DNA of 54,991 nt from Anaerolineae bacterium. Lineage in GTDB: Bacteria > Chloroflexota > Anaerolineae > 4572-78 > NAK82. This document shows positions 1 to 10,794 of this stretch, piece by piece. The position numbers and the translations under genes are program-made. The stretch is taken from NCBI GenBank assembly GCA_049969215.1, contig JBMFPH010000001.1:1-54991 (forward strand), written 5' to 3'. The notes below the pieces were generated by a model. It saw nothing but the letters and a program-made list of their open reading frames with translations. It was not told the origin of the DNA and did not search any database. Position 1 is the first letter of the stretch. Every line of letters begins with the position of its first letter.

Positions 1-3000
1 GTTACACATTGGAGGCGATCTACCGCGACGAGCATCTCTCCGCTTCCTTCCAGGTGGCGGAATACCGACGGCCGGAGTTCCAGGTCAGCGTGGCGACCGA
101 CCGGCCCGAATATGCCCAAGGTGAGCGCATCAACGTGACGGCTCAGGCGAGCTACTACTTCGGTGGCGCGGTGTCGGACGCCCAAGTCCGCTGGAGCGTG
201 CTGTCCGCCGACCGCAGCTTCGCCTATCAGGGCAAGGGCTGGTGGGATTTCACCGATTACGACTGGAGCCGGCGCGGGGAATACTACGGTGGGTATGGCG
301 AGCTGATCGCCGAGGGCGAGGGCAAGACCGACAAAGAGGGTCGCTTCACCTTCAGCCTGGAGGCGGATATCGCCCAGTACACCATGAGCCAGCTGTTCAC
401 GCTGGAGGTCACCGTCACCGACATCAACGACCAGCAGGTCAGCAACCGCACCGAGGCGGTCGTGCACAAGGGCACTTTCTACATCGGCCTGCGCCCGGCG
501 GAATATGTCGGGCAGGTCAACAAAGAGAGCACTGTCAACATCATCACGGTGGACTGGGAGAGCAACCCTTCGCCCGAGCGCACGTTGACGGTCGTCGTCT
601 CCGAACACAAATGGTACAGCGTGCGCAAGCTGGGCGAGGACGGCCGCTACTATTGGGAGAGCACGGTGGAGGATGTGCCCGTCTACACCACCACGGTGAC
701 CACCGATGCCCAGGGCCAGGCGACCCTGCGCTTCACGCCGGAGAAGGGGGGCATCTACCGCATCTATGCCAGCGGCCCGGATGAAAAGGGCAACCTGGTC
801 AGCAGTGCCACCTATCTGTGGGTCAGCGGCGCCGAGTTCATCAACTGGCGTCAGGAAAACCACGACCGCATCGAACTCGTCGCCGACCAGAAGCAATATC
901 GTGTCGGCGACACGGCTACCATCCTGATCCCGCACCCTTACCAGGGCGAGGTACAGGCGCTGATCACGCTGGAACGGGGGCACATCTACCGCCATTGGGT
1001 GCAGACGCTGAAGACCAACTCCGAGCAGATTCAAATCCCCATCACCGAAGACCTGATCCCGAACGTCTTCGTCTCGGTGGTGATCGTCAAGGGTGAGGAC
1101 GCGACCAATCCGCTGCCCAGCTTCAAGATCGGCTATGCGCAGCTTTCCATCGACACGGCGGAGAAGGAACTCGTCATCACCATGAAGCCGGACAAGCCGG
1201 CCGATCAACCCTATCGGCCCGGCGAGACGGCGACGTATGCGATCACCGCCACCGACAGCCGCGGACAGCCGGTGGAAGCGGAGCTGGCGCTCAGCCTGGT
1301 GGATTTGTCGGTGCTGTCGTTGGCCGACCAGCCGCCGGACATCATCCGCACCTTCTGGCGCGAGCGCGGCCTGGGGGTGCACACCGCCAGCGGATTGACC
1401 CTCTCGGTGGATCGCATCAACCTGGCGGTCGCGCCAGAAGCGAAAGGCGGTGGCGGTGGAGAAGGCTTCGGGGTGGTGCGCCGCCGCTTCCCGGACACGG
1501 CGTACTGGAACCCAGTGGTGCGCACCGATGCCAACGGCCAGGCGACGGTGCAAGTGGTGCTGCCGGACAACCTGACCACCTGGCGGCTGAGCAGCTGGGG
1601 CGTCACCGCCGAGACGCTGGTCGGCCAGTCCACGGTGGATGTGGTCAGCAGCAAGGATTTGTTGGTGCGACCGGTGACGCCGCGTTTCCTGGTGGTCGAC
1701 GATCGCGTCGAGCTCGGAGCGGTGATCAACAACAACACCGACCAGCCGCTCGACGCCGAAGTGGTCATCCAGGCCAACGGTCTCCAGGTGAGCGGCGACA
1801 CCTTGCAAAAGGTCACCGTTCCGGCGCGCGACCGCGTGCGCGTCGCCTGGACGGCGGTGGCCGGTAACGTGCCCGCGGTGCGGCTGCTCTTCGGCGCCCG
1901 GGCAGCGGGGTTGACCGATGCGCTGGAGCTCTCGCTGCCGGTGTATCGCTACAGCACGCCGGAAGTGGTCGCCACCGCCGGCCAGCTGGAGCAGGATGGC
2001 AGCCGCCTGGAAGGCGTGGCGTTGCCCGCCCGGTATGATCCCACCCAGGGCGAACTGACGGTGCAGATCGACCCATCCCTGGCAGCCGGCATGGTCAAAG
2101 GGCTTAAGTTCCTCGAACACTTCCCGTATGAGTGCACCGAACAGACGGTGAGCCGTTTCCTGCCCAACGTGATGACCTACCGCGCCTATAAAGAGCTGGG
2201 CTTGGAACGGCCCGACCTGGAGACCGCCCTGCCCGGCCTGGTGGGCGTCGGATTGCAGCGCCTCTATAATCAGCAGCGTTACGACGGCGGTTGGGGCTGG
2301 TGGGTCGCCGACGAGTCCAATCCGTTCCTGACCGCCTATGTGCTCCTGGGCATGGTCGAGGCGGCGCGCGCCGGCTTTGTGGTGGACCAAGGGGTGATGG
2401 ACCGCGCAGTCGACTTCCTGGAAGGCGCGCTGCAGCCGGTCCGCGGCGACACCACCTTCTGGCAGGCGAACCGTCAGGCGTTCGTCCTGTATGTGCTGGC
2501 CGAGGCAGGGCGCGACCACCTGGCCCGGGCGGTGGTCCTGTTCGAGCACCGCGACACGCTCGATGCCTTTGGCAAAGCGTTCCTGGCGCTGGCGCTGGCG
2601 TTGTTGCAGCCGGACGACGACACGCGCGTCCGCACGCTGCTCTCCGAGATCACCAGCGCAGCCATCCTCAGCGCGACCGGCGCCCACTGGGAGGAGGCAG
2701 AGGTCGACTACTACGCGATGAACACAGACACGCGCTCGACCGCCATCATCCTGGCGGCGCTGGCACGGTTGGATAGCACCAATCCCCTGGCAGCCCAGGC
2801 GGTGCGCTGGCTGATGAGTGCCCGCAAGGAGGGCTTCTGGGAGACCACCCAGGAAAATGCCTGGGCGATCATCGCGCTGACCGATTGGATGAAGGTCACC
2901 GGTGAGCTGCAGGGACGCTACGACTGGCGCGTGTGGATCAACGACCAACTGTTGGGCCAGGGCAGTGTGACCCCCGAGAAGCTGACCGAGACCCAACAGC

Positions 3001-3635
3001 TGCAGATCGAGGTCGCCCGACTGCTCGCCGAGGCGATCAACCGGGTGGTGGTGGAACGGAGCGCGCCCCAAGGCCAGGCAACCGGCACAGGGCGGCTATA
3101 CTACAGCATGTACCTGCGCCTCTTCAAGCCGGTCGAGGATGTGAAAGCGCTCAACCGCGGCATCCTGGTCAGCCGGCAATACACGTTGGCCAGCTGCGAC
3201 ATCACCCAGGAGCGCTGCGCCACGATCGACCAGGCCAAGGTGGGGGATGTGATCCGTGTCCAGCTCACCCTCATCGCCCCCAACGACCTCCACTATGTGG
3301 TGGTGGAAGACCCCTTCCCCGCCGGCGCCGAGGGAGTGGATCAGAGCCTCAAGACCACCAGCGTGGTGGGCCAGGCGCCTGAGCTGCGGCGCACCGACCG
3401 TCGCAATCCGTGGGGCGGCGAATACGGCTGGTGGTGGTTCAGCCACAGCGAGATGCGCGATGAAAAAGCGGTGCTCTTCGCCACCTATCTGCCGCGCGGC
3501 AGCTACGAATACACCTATCTCATCCGCGCCAGCTTGCCGGGCGAGTTCCACGTCATCCCCACCCACGCCTATGAGATGTACTTCCCCGAGGTGTTCGGGC
3601 GCACAGATGGCATGATGTTCAGCATCATGCCATAG
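1..3635 (+). CDS. alpha-2-macroglobulin family protein with thioester, C-terminal ~1200 aa (5' end lies outside the window)
   Basis: The reading frame is open to the window edge (codons 3-5 and 6-8 are not stops). The thioester motif FPYECTEQTV has CTEQ encoded at 2133-2144. The protein is very large and beta-rich with a helical thioester-domain-like stretch after the motif. The many long shadow ORFs on both strands are typical of a GC3-rich real gene. Confidence 0.85.
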   Translation, partial: YTLEAIYRDEHLSASFQVAEYRRPEFQVSVATDRPEYAQGERINVTAQASYYFGGAVSDAQVRWSVLSADRSFAYQGKGWWDFTDYDWSRRGEYYGGYGELIAEGEGKTDKEGRFTFSLEADIAQYTMSQLFTLEVTVTDINDQQVSNRTEAVVHKGTFYIGLRPAEYVGQVNKESTVNIITVDWESNPSPERTLTVVVSEHKWYSVRKLGEDGRYYWESTVEDVPVYTTTVTTDAQGQATLRFTPEKGGIYRIYASGPDEKGNLVSSATYLWVSGAEFINWRQENHDRIELVADQKQYRVGDTATILIPHPYQGEVQALITLERGHIYRHWVQTLKTNSEQIQIPITEDLIPNVFVSVVIVKGEDATNPLPSFKIGYAQLSIDTAEKELVITMKPDKPADQPYRPGETATYAITATDSRGQPVEAELALSLVDLSVLSLADQPPDIIRTFWRERGLGVHTASGLTLSVDRINLAVAPEAKGGGGGEGFGVVRRRFPDTAYWNPVVRTDANGQATVQVVLPDNLTTWRLSSWGVTAETLVGQSTVDVVSSKDLLVRPVTPRFLVVDDRVELGAVINNNTDQPLDAEVVIQANGLQVSGDTLQKVTVPARDRVRVAWTAVAGNVPAVRLLFGARAAGLTDALELSLPVYRYSTPEVVATAGQLEQDGSRLEGVALPARYDPTQGELTVQIDPSLAAGMVKGLKFLEHFPYECTEQTVSRFLPNVMTYRAYKELGLERPDLETALPGLVGVGLQRLYNQQRYDGGWGWWVADESNPFLTAYVLLGMVEAARAGFVVDQGVMDRAVDFLEGALQPVRGDTTFWQANRQAFVLYVLAEAGRDHLARAVVLFEHRDTLDAFGKAFLALALALLQPDDDTRVRTLLSEITSAAILSATGAHWEEAEVDYYAMNTDTRSTAIILAALARLDSTNPLAAQAVRWLMSARKEGFWETTQENAWAIIALTDWMKVTGELQGRYDWRVWINDQLLGQGSVTPEKLTETQQLQIEVARLLAEAINRVVVERSAPQGQATGTGRLYYSMYLRLFKPVEDVKALNRGILVSRQYTLASCDITQERCATIDQAKVGDVIRVQLTLIAPNDLHYVVVEDPFPAGAEGVDQSLKTTSVVGQAPELRRTDRRNPWGGEYGWWWFSHSEMRDEKAVLFATYLPRGSYEYTYLIRASLPGEFHVIPTHAYEMYFPEVFGRTDGMMFSIMP

Positions 3636-3655
3636 TAGACCAGTTTAGGCTGTGA

Positions 3656-3703
3656 GAGACTCCTCCCCCCACCCCTCTATTTGGGTTGTGAGGGAGGAGT
3701 CTC
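3656..3703 (+). terminator. stem-loop after the A2M gene (12-bp perfect stem, long loop, no U-tract)
   Basis: GAGACTCCTCCC (3656-3667) pairs perfectly with GGGAGGAGTCTC (3692-3703). It starts 20 nt after the stop codon. No T-run follows, so terminator function is uncertain. Confidence 0.4.
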
Positions 3704-3730
3704 AGATGATCCAACATCTTTCCTGTTTCT

Positions 3731-3759
3731 TTGACTGAAGCTCATGATCTGGATATAAT
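3731..3759 (+). promoter_or_regulatory. sigma-70-type promoter for the yvcK-like/gap/pgk unit
   Basis: TTGACT (3731-3736), a 17-nt spacer, then TATAAT (3754-3759). Confidence 0.6.
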
Positions 3760-3805
3760 CTGCTTATAGTGATTGGAAGCTCACCAGCTTGGAAGGCGAA
3801 GAGCT

Positions 3806-6209
<2,404 letters not shown>

Positions 6210-6246
6210 TCACCAGCCACCCTTGGATGTCTTTTGTCTTTGTATT

Positions 6247-6281
6247 GTTCTCCCTCTCCAGTCATTTTGGAGAGGGAGAAC
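6247..6281 (+). other. intercistronic 13-bp perfect stem-loop between gap and pgk
   Basis: GTTCTCCCTCTCC (6247-6259), a 9-nt loop, then GGAGAGGGAGAAC (6269-6281). No U-tract follows. Confidence 0.6.
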
Positions 6282-6316
6282 TCCGAGTACATAAAGTTCC
6301 GACATAGGGGATGCCG

Positions 6317-7495
6317 ATGAACAAGAAAACCATTCGTGATATTGACGTGAAGGACAAACGTGTCCTGGTGCGTGTGGACTTCAACGTCCCACTGAAGAAC
6401 GGGGTCGTTGCCGACGATCGTCGCATTGTGGCTGCCTTGCCCACTATTCAGTATCTGCTCGATCACGGGGCAAAGGTGGTCATCCTGATGAGTCACCTAG
6501 GGCGGCCCAAAGGTGGTCCCTCGCCTGAATTTAGCATGAAGCCGGTGTCGGCAAGGTTAAGCGAGTTGCTCGGGCGTCCAGTGATCCAGCTGGATGACTG
6601 CGTAGGGCCGGCCGTGGAGAAAGCCGTAGCTTCCGCCACGCCGGGATCGGTGCTTATGCTAGAAAACACCCGTTTCCACGCTGGCGAGGAGAAAAATGAT
6701 TTGGATCTGGCGCAGGGCATGGCTCGGTTAGCGGATATTTACGTGAACGATGCCTTCGGATCTGCACACCGTGCGCACTCAAGCACTGAAGGTGTGGCGC
6801 GCTTTCTACCGGCAGTGGCTGGCTTCTTGATGGAAAAAGAGCTCAATTACCTGGGCAAGGCACTGGCCTCTCCGGAACGGCCCTTCGTGGCTATCATGGG
6901 AGGTGCCAAGATCTCCGATAAGATCGCCGTAATCCGTAACTTGCTGAGCAAGGTAGACACGCTGCTCATCGGTGGTGGTATGGCTAACACCTTTTTCAAA
7001 GCTCAGGGCTATGACGTGGGCGACTCATTGGTCGAGAATGAAGCGTTGGACATCGCCCGTGAGCTGCTCCGTGAGGGGGGTGACAAGCTCGTGCTGCCAG
7101 TGGATTGCGTCGTGGCAGATCGATTTGAAGCGGATGCCCAGTCCAAGGTGGTAGCGGTGAATGAGGTGCCGGCTGGTTGGCGCATCCTGGATATCGGACC
7201 GGCGACGGTAGCGCATTTCGGCAATCGCTTGCAAGGTGCCAAGACCGTCGTGTGGAACGGGCCCATGGGAGTGTTCGAATTTCCGCGGTTTGCTGAAGGT
7301 ACCTTCGCTATCGCCAAGGTGCTGGCTGGTCTGCAAGGCGCCACAACCATTGTGGGCGGCGGCGACTCCGCCGCGGCGGTTGAGAAGAGTGGACTTGCCG
7401 ATAAGTTCAGTCACATCTCCACTGGCGGTGGTGCCTCGTTGGAGTTTCTCGAAGGACGTGTGCTCCCTGGCGTAGCAGCGCTGCAGGACAAGTAG
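6317..7495 (+). CDS. pgk: phosphoglycerate kinase
   Basis: [26 protein letters not shown]-terminus and [14 protein letters not shown]-terminal motif. The second ATG (6317) matches the usual Pgk N-terminus and follows GGGGA. Confidence 0.96.
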   Translation: MNKKTIRDIDVKDKRVLVRVDFNVPLKNGVVADDRRIVAALPTIQYLLDHGAKVVILMSHLGRPKGGPSPEFSMKPVSARLSELLGRPVIQLDDCVGPAVEKAVASATPGSVLMLENTRFHAGEEKNDLDLAQGMARLADIYVNDAFGSAHRAHSSTEGVARFLPAVAGFLMEKELNYLGKALASPERPFVAIMGGAKISDKIAVIRNLLSKVDTLLIGGGMANTFFKAQGYDVGDSLVENEALDIARELLREGGDKLVLPVDCVVADRFEADAQSKVVAVNEVPAGWRILDIGPATVAHFGNRLQGAKTVVWNGPMGVFEFPRFAEGTFAIAKVLAGLQGATTIVGGGDSAAAVEKSGLADKFSHISTGGGASLEFLEGRVLPGVAALQDK

Positions 7496-7524
7496 CGAGC
7501 AAACATAGTCCCGCCTGAGCACGC

Positions 7525-7569
7525 GAAATCACACACCCCGCATTTGTGCGTAGCGGGGTGTGTGATTTC
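7525..7569 (+). terminator. 17-bp perfect hairpin after pgk
   Basis: GAAATCACACACCCCGC (7525-7541), an 11-nt loop, then GCGGGGTGTGTGATTTC (7553-7569). It starts 30 nt after the pgk stop. The stem ends in TTTC, not a long U-run. Confidence 0.6.
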
Positions 7570-7601
7570 CAGGTAGTGCGGACTAAAAAGAAACGATCAC
7601 C

Positions 7602-7630
7602 TTGTGCTCCATTACCGTTTGAGGTATATA
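7602..7630 (+). promoter_or_regulatory. possible promoter for nth
   Basis: TTGTGC (7602-7607), a 17-nt spacer, then TATATA (7625-7630). The -35 element is weak. Confidence 0.3.
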
Positions 7631-7657
7631 GAGGCTATCTCCATTAGGTACACTGCA

Positions 7658-8347
7658 ATGAAAGGAGAGAACAAGGGAACAGGTCACCTGCGCGCCAAGG
7701 CACATGCCATCCATGAAAAGTTGGTCCAAACATATGGCATCCCTGTTTGGCGTCCCCGTTTGGACGCCATCTCTGAGGTGGTGAGCACGATCCTGAGCCA
7801 GAACACCAACGATGGAAATCGCGATCTGGCGTTCAGCCGATTGCGCGCTGCCTTACCTACTTGGGAGATGGTGCGCGACGCCCCCGTTGAAGAGATCGCA
7901 AACGCTATACACCCGGCCGGTCTGGCGCCGCAGAAGGCACCGCGTATCAAGCAGGCACTGCAATTCATCACTGCTCAGCGCGGCACACTCGATCTAAACT
8001 TTCTCAAAGATATGCCGGTGCGACAAGCTAAAGAGTGGTTGATGCAGATCAAAGGCATTGGTCCCAAGACAGCGGCGATTGTGCTTCTGTTTGCACTCGG
8101 TCGGCCCGCCTTTCCAGTCGATACTCATATCTATCGTGTTACCCGCCGGTTGGGGCTGGTGGATGCTCGTGCCTCAGTGCAAAAGGCGCACGAGATGCTG
8201 GAAGAACTGCTTGACCCAGAAATGTACTATCCGTTCCACTTGAATGTCATCCGTCACGGTCGCGAGGTGTGCCAAGCGCGCAAGCCACACTGTGCAATAT
8301 GCGTGCTAAAGGATTTATGTGACTATTACCACAACCAAGAGCGATAG
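7658..8347 (+). CDS. nth: endonuclease III-like HhH-GPD DNA glycosylase with 4Fe-4S cluster
   Basis: HhH motif IKGIGPKTAAIVLLFA. C-terminal C-x6-C-x2-C-x5-C motif (CQARKPHCAICVLKDLC). The internal ATG 7658 is preferred over GTG 7604. Confidence 0.88.
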   Translation: MKGENKGTGHLRAKAHAIHEKLVQTYGIPVWRPRLDAISEVVSTILSQNTNDGNRDLAFSRLRAALPTWEMVRDAPVEEIANAIHPAGLAPQKAPRIKQALQFITAQRGTLDLNFLKDMPVRQAKEWLMQIKGIGPKTAAIVLLFALGRPAFPVDTHIYRVTRRLGLVDARASVQKAHEMLEELLDPEMYYPFHLNVIRHGREVCQARKPHCAICVLKDLCDYYHNQER

Positions 8348-8460
8348 CATTGCCCTTAAGGTTGAATGCCATCTCGCACAGCACGTAAGTTCCAGGTCTT
8401 CAAATGGCCAAAACCCATCACTCTCGCCCAAGTGGAATGCTCACAATTCATCCTCATCGA

Positions 8461-10263
8461 TTACTCAGGCAGATCAAGCAGCCATAAGTTATGGTCCAGC
8501 GCACTCACGAAGACGATGGAGCGTTCATCGGGTGCCACCACCCAGTCGTTGTTAGTGATCTTAAAAGGGGTTGTCTCCACGTTGGTCAATGCCCGTGCTG
8601 TCCCGTTTTGCGCGTCAAATTCCCACATCTCGTGGAAAGGAGCTGTAGGACGCAGAGGGATGACGAGCAACCGATGATCATCGCGCCAGCGGTATGAGCC
8701 GAACAGCGTGTTGGGCAGTTGTCGACGTTGAGCGCCGTCAGTGCGTACCAACCAGACGCCATTCTGGTCACGTTCCTGGCTGAGAAGGATCGAATACACT
8801 AACCAGGTACCCTTGGGCGAAATACTCCCTCCGCGCAGACGATCTGAGCGCGCTAGCTCAAGGCGATTGCCATCAGGTAGTGACAATGCCCATAACACCT
8901 GCTCACGTGCTGCCAAGTTTTCCCGTCCACTGACGATCAACACCTCATCACTCGCCCATCCCAATACGCTCCCGCGCGCCAACTTGGCGACTATATGAGC
9001 TTCACTGCCATCCAAATTGGCAACCCATATTTCCGCTGTGCGACGTTCAGCAGGGAGGTTCTCATTGCTGATCTGCCAAGCTATGCGTGCTCGACCAGGC
9101 GAAATGATCACCAGTTGTCCCCCAGCTGGCACTGACCAACGTTTGCGTGCCGGACCTGCTGGACATGCGAGTTCTTCTATAAAGGTTGTGTTCCCTTGGA
9201 GCACAATGCGGTAGGACAGGTCGGAAGTGTAGAAACCGATATACTCGCTGAACAGATACGGACCAGCTTCAGGTGAATCTACGCTTACAGCCCAGATCGC
9301 TGCCGGACGTGCTGGCGAGGGACGGTCAATGAACAATATATCACGCGCATCCGGTGACCAGAACGGTTGGGTACAGCATCCCCCTGTGGTAAGCATCCGC
9401 AGCGATGGAGGTGTAACGTTCTCTTGGCGCGATGGGTCCAAGGGGGGCGGTGTGCTCGCTATGGGACGGGATGGAAGGGCGCAGCTGGCGGTAGGATCGG
9501 ACTGCAGTGGTGTGATCTGGCGCATGTCTGTCGGATAATCGGGCGGCCAAGGATTGGCGAAATCGTTGAGTAAGGGGCCACCGGCGCTGGCTTCTGGTTG
9601 GCCATCCAGGTATTGCCATTTGCGTGGTTCACTTAGATCATATTGAAACGCCTGGGTAAATGCACCCGCCAGGGCCAAGTTATCCCAATCTGCCTGGACA
9701 AGTGTCACTGGGTTGTATTTACGTACGTGAGCAAGATCGCGAATCTCAAAATGAAGATGGGGCCGGCCAAAACACGTCTCAGCTGGATCACCGCTCAACG
9801 CGACCACATTGCCCGCTTTGACAAATTGCCCGGGCTTCATAGAGGGCTTTTCCAACAAGTGACCGTAGAAAGTGGCGTAGCCCAGATTGGGATGGTCAAT
9901 CATAAGATTATGGGGAGCTGAGCCAAAGCGCAACGCGTCCACGGCGAACACTACGCCATCCGCCATTGCTATCACCGGTGTGCCACAGGGTGCTGCTAAA
10001 TCAACCCCGAAGTGAATGCCGCCACTACCTGCATAAGTTGTGTGGCGTTGTCGAAATGCTCCAACAGTATTGCCATAAGGTTGCGCAAGTAGCCACGTAG
10101 AGGGCCCTGCTTCTCCCGCAAAGGGGAGAATGAACGGTCGTTCCGAGGAAGGCGACTGCGCTTTGAGTGCTACTGTCTCGATGAGAGATGGGAGAAACAG
10201 CGAGCTCCCGATAGCCAGTAAGCTCGGAATAAGGAAGAGTTTGAGAAAACGAGGCAATTGCAT
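8461..10263 (-). CDS. secreted M23 metallopeptidase fused to a TolB-like beta-propeller
   Basis: N-terminal signal-like hydrophobic segment. M23 motifs HFGVD (HxxxD) and HLHFE (HxH). The C-terminal ~330 aa has repeated W/D-rich beta-propeller-like blades. The RBS is GGAGGAAGG. Confidence 0.8.
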   Translation of the reverse strand: MQLPRFLKLFLIPSLLAIGSSLFLPSLIETVALKAQSPSSERPFILPFAGEAGPSTWLLAQPYGNTVGAFRQRHTTYAGSGGIHFGVDLAAPCGTPVIAMADGVVFAVDALRFGSAPHNLMIDHPNLGYATFYGHLLEKPSMKPGQFVKAGNVVALSGDPAETCFGRPHLHFEIRDLAHVRKYNPVTLVQADWDNLALAGAFTQAFQYDLSEPRKWQYLDGQPEASAGGPLLNDFANPWPPDYPTDMRQITPLQSDPTASCALPSRPIASTPPPLDPSRQENVTPPSLRMLTTGGCCTQPFWSPDARDILFIDRPSPARPAAIWAVSVDSPEAGPYLFSEYIGFYTSDLSYRIVLQGNTTFIEELACPAGPARKRWSVPAGGQLVIISPGRARIAWQISNENLPAERRTAEIWVANLDGSEAHIVAKLARGSVLGWASDEVLIVSGRENLAAREQVLWALSLPDGNRLELARSDRLRGGSISPKGTWLVYSILLSQERDQNGVWLVRTDGAQRRQLPNTLFGSYRWRDDHRLLVIPLRPTAPFHEMWEFDAQNGTARALTNVETTPFKITNNDWVVAPDERSIVFVSALDHNLWLLDLPE

Positions 10264-10452
10264 AATGAATACCTTCCTCCAAGCTATATTATATGTCGTC
10301 TTTATCGTAATATCTCCATGCAGAGTTTATCCTTTACCGGGAAGAAGATCAATTCTGGTGCCTGAGAAGATCGTGGGGAAAAGATTGGACAGCCACTCTT
10401 ATCAAGAAGATAAATCAATGAGCGGAGCAATTGGACGGTTTTTCAAGCCGTT

Positions 10453-10481
10453 TTGACATTTGCTGGCTTATGTGCTATATG
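10453..10481 (+). promoter_or_regulatory. promoter for the aro leader/aroH/DAHP synthase unit
   Basis: TTGACA (10453-10458), a 17-nt spacer, then an extended -10 TGcTATATG (10473-10481). Confidence 0.55.
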
Positions 10482-10559
10482 AAGAGTGGAAGAGCTGATA
10501 GAGTTCTTGCTGCTTTTGATGAGCTGCCGGGTGTGATCTTCTGAAGGGTGGTACGCGCG

Positions 10560-10661
10560 ATGCATGCTTGCGCGGTGTGGACACGTCTGATCGCACAAGA
10601 GCATAGCAGCACCTATTATTTCTATCAATTTCAAGTGTGGGTGCTGCTTCCACCCAAGTAG
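10560..10661 (+). CDS. candidate 33-aa leader peptide rich in aromatic codons (MHACAVWTRLIAQEHSSTYYFYQFQVWVLLPPK)
   Basis: Hand-translated ATG 10560 to TAG 10659-10661. The SD-like GAAGGGTGG lies at 10543-10551. Codons 19-27 read YYFYQFQVW. The ORF sits upstream of a terminator and of aromatic-pathway genes. It is below the ORF-track size cutoff. Confidence 0.55.
   Translation: MHACAVWTRLIAQEHSSTYYFYQFQVWVLLPPK
10605..10655 (+). promoter_or_regulatory. mutually exclusive helices overlapping the leader ORF (attenuator segments 1 and 2)
   Basis: AGCAGCACC (10605-10613) pairs with GGTGCTGCT (10640-10648) and encloses the aromatic codons. GGGTG (10639-10643) pairs with CACCC (10651-10655). TTCCACCC (10648-10655) is complementary, with one bulge, to the terminator 5' arm GGGCGTGGA (10697-10705). 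Confidence 0.45.
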
Positions 10662-10697
10662 TGCCGGTCTCACTTTCACCGGGCGGGAGAATTTGAG

Positions 10698-10734
10698 GGC
10701 GTGGAGCAGCCAGATCCACGCCTTTTGTGTTTTC
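10698..10734 (+). terminator. canonical intrinsic terminator upstream of aroH
   Basis: GGCGTGGA (10698-10705), a 9-nt loop, then TCCACGCC (10715-10722), followed by TTTTGTGTTTTC (10723-10734). It lies 60 nt before the aroH start codon. Confidence 0.75.
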
Positions 10735-10794
10735 ATTGAACGGTAGATGGATTTCATAGGTCAATAAGCCAAGCAGACAGAGGAAAGGATTGCA

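Noticed and set aside
242-3615. Many 60-200-aa ORFs on both strands inside 1-3635 (for example 242-784, 1211-1816, 2291-2776 and 3096-3566).
   Set aside because: They are Arg/Pro/Ala/Gly-rich low-complexity translations typical of shadow frames in a GC3-rich gene. All lie inside the well-supported A2M reading frame.
10546-10559. T-box-like sequence GGGTGGTACGCGCG upstream of aroH. It resembles the conserved T-box core GGGTGGTACCGCG in a leader of an amino-acid pathway operon.
   Set aside because: The required antiterminator cannot be drawn. After the short CGCGC/GCGCG helix there is no CCC(U) strand to pair with the GGG. I could not build a convincing Stem I, specifier loop or K-turn upstream. 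The terminator is 140 nt away. The purine-rich part is better explained as the Shine-Dalgarno sequence of the leader ORF that starts at 10560.
10443-10764. Two minus-strand ORFs (104 and 98 aa) covering the aro leader region.
   Set aside because: They have no RBS and an odd composition. They overlap a promoter, a leader ORF and a terminator that together explain the region better.
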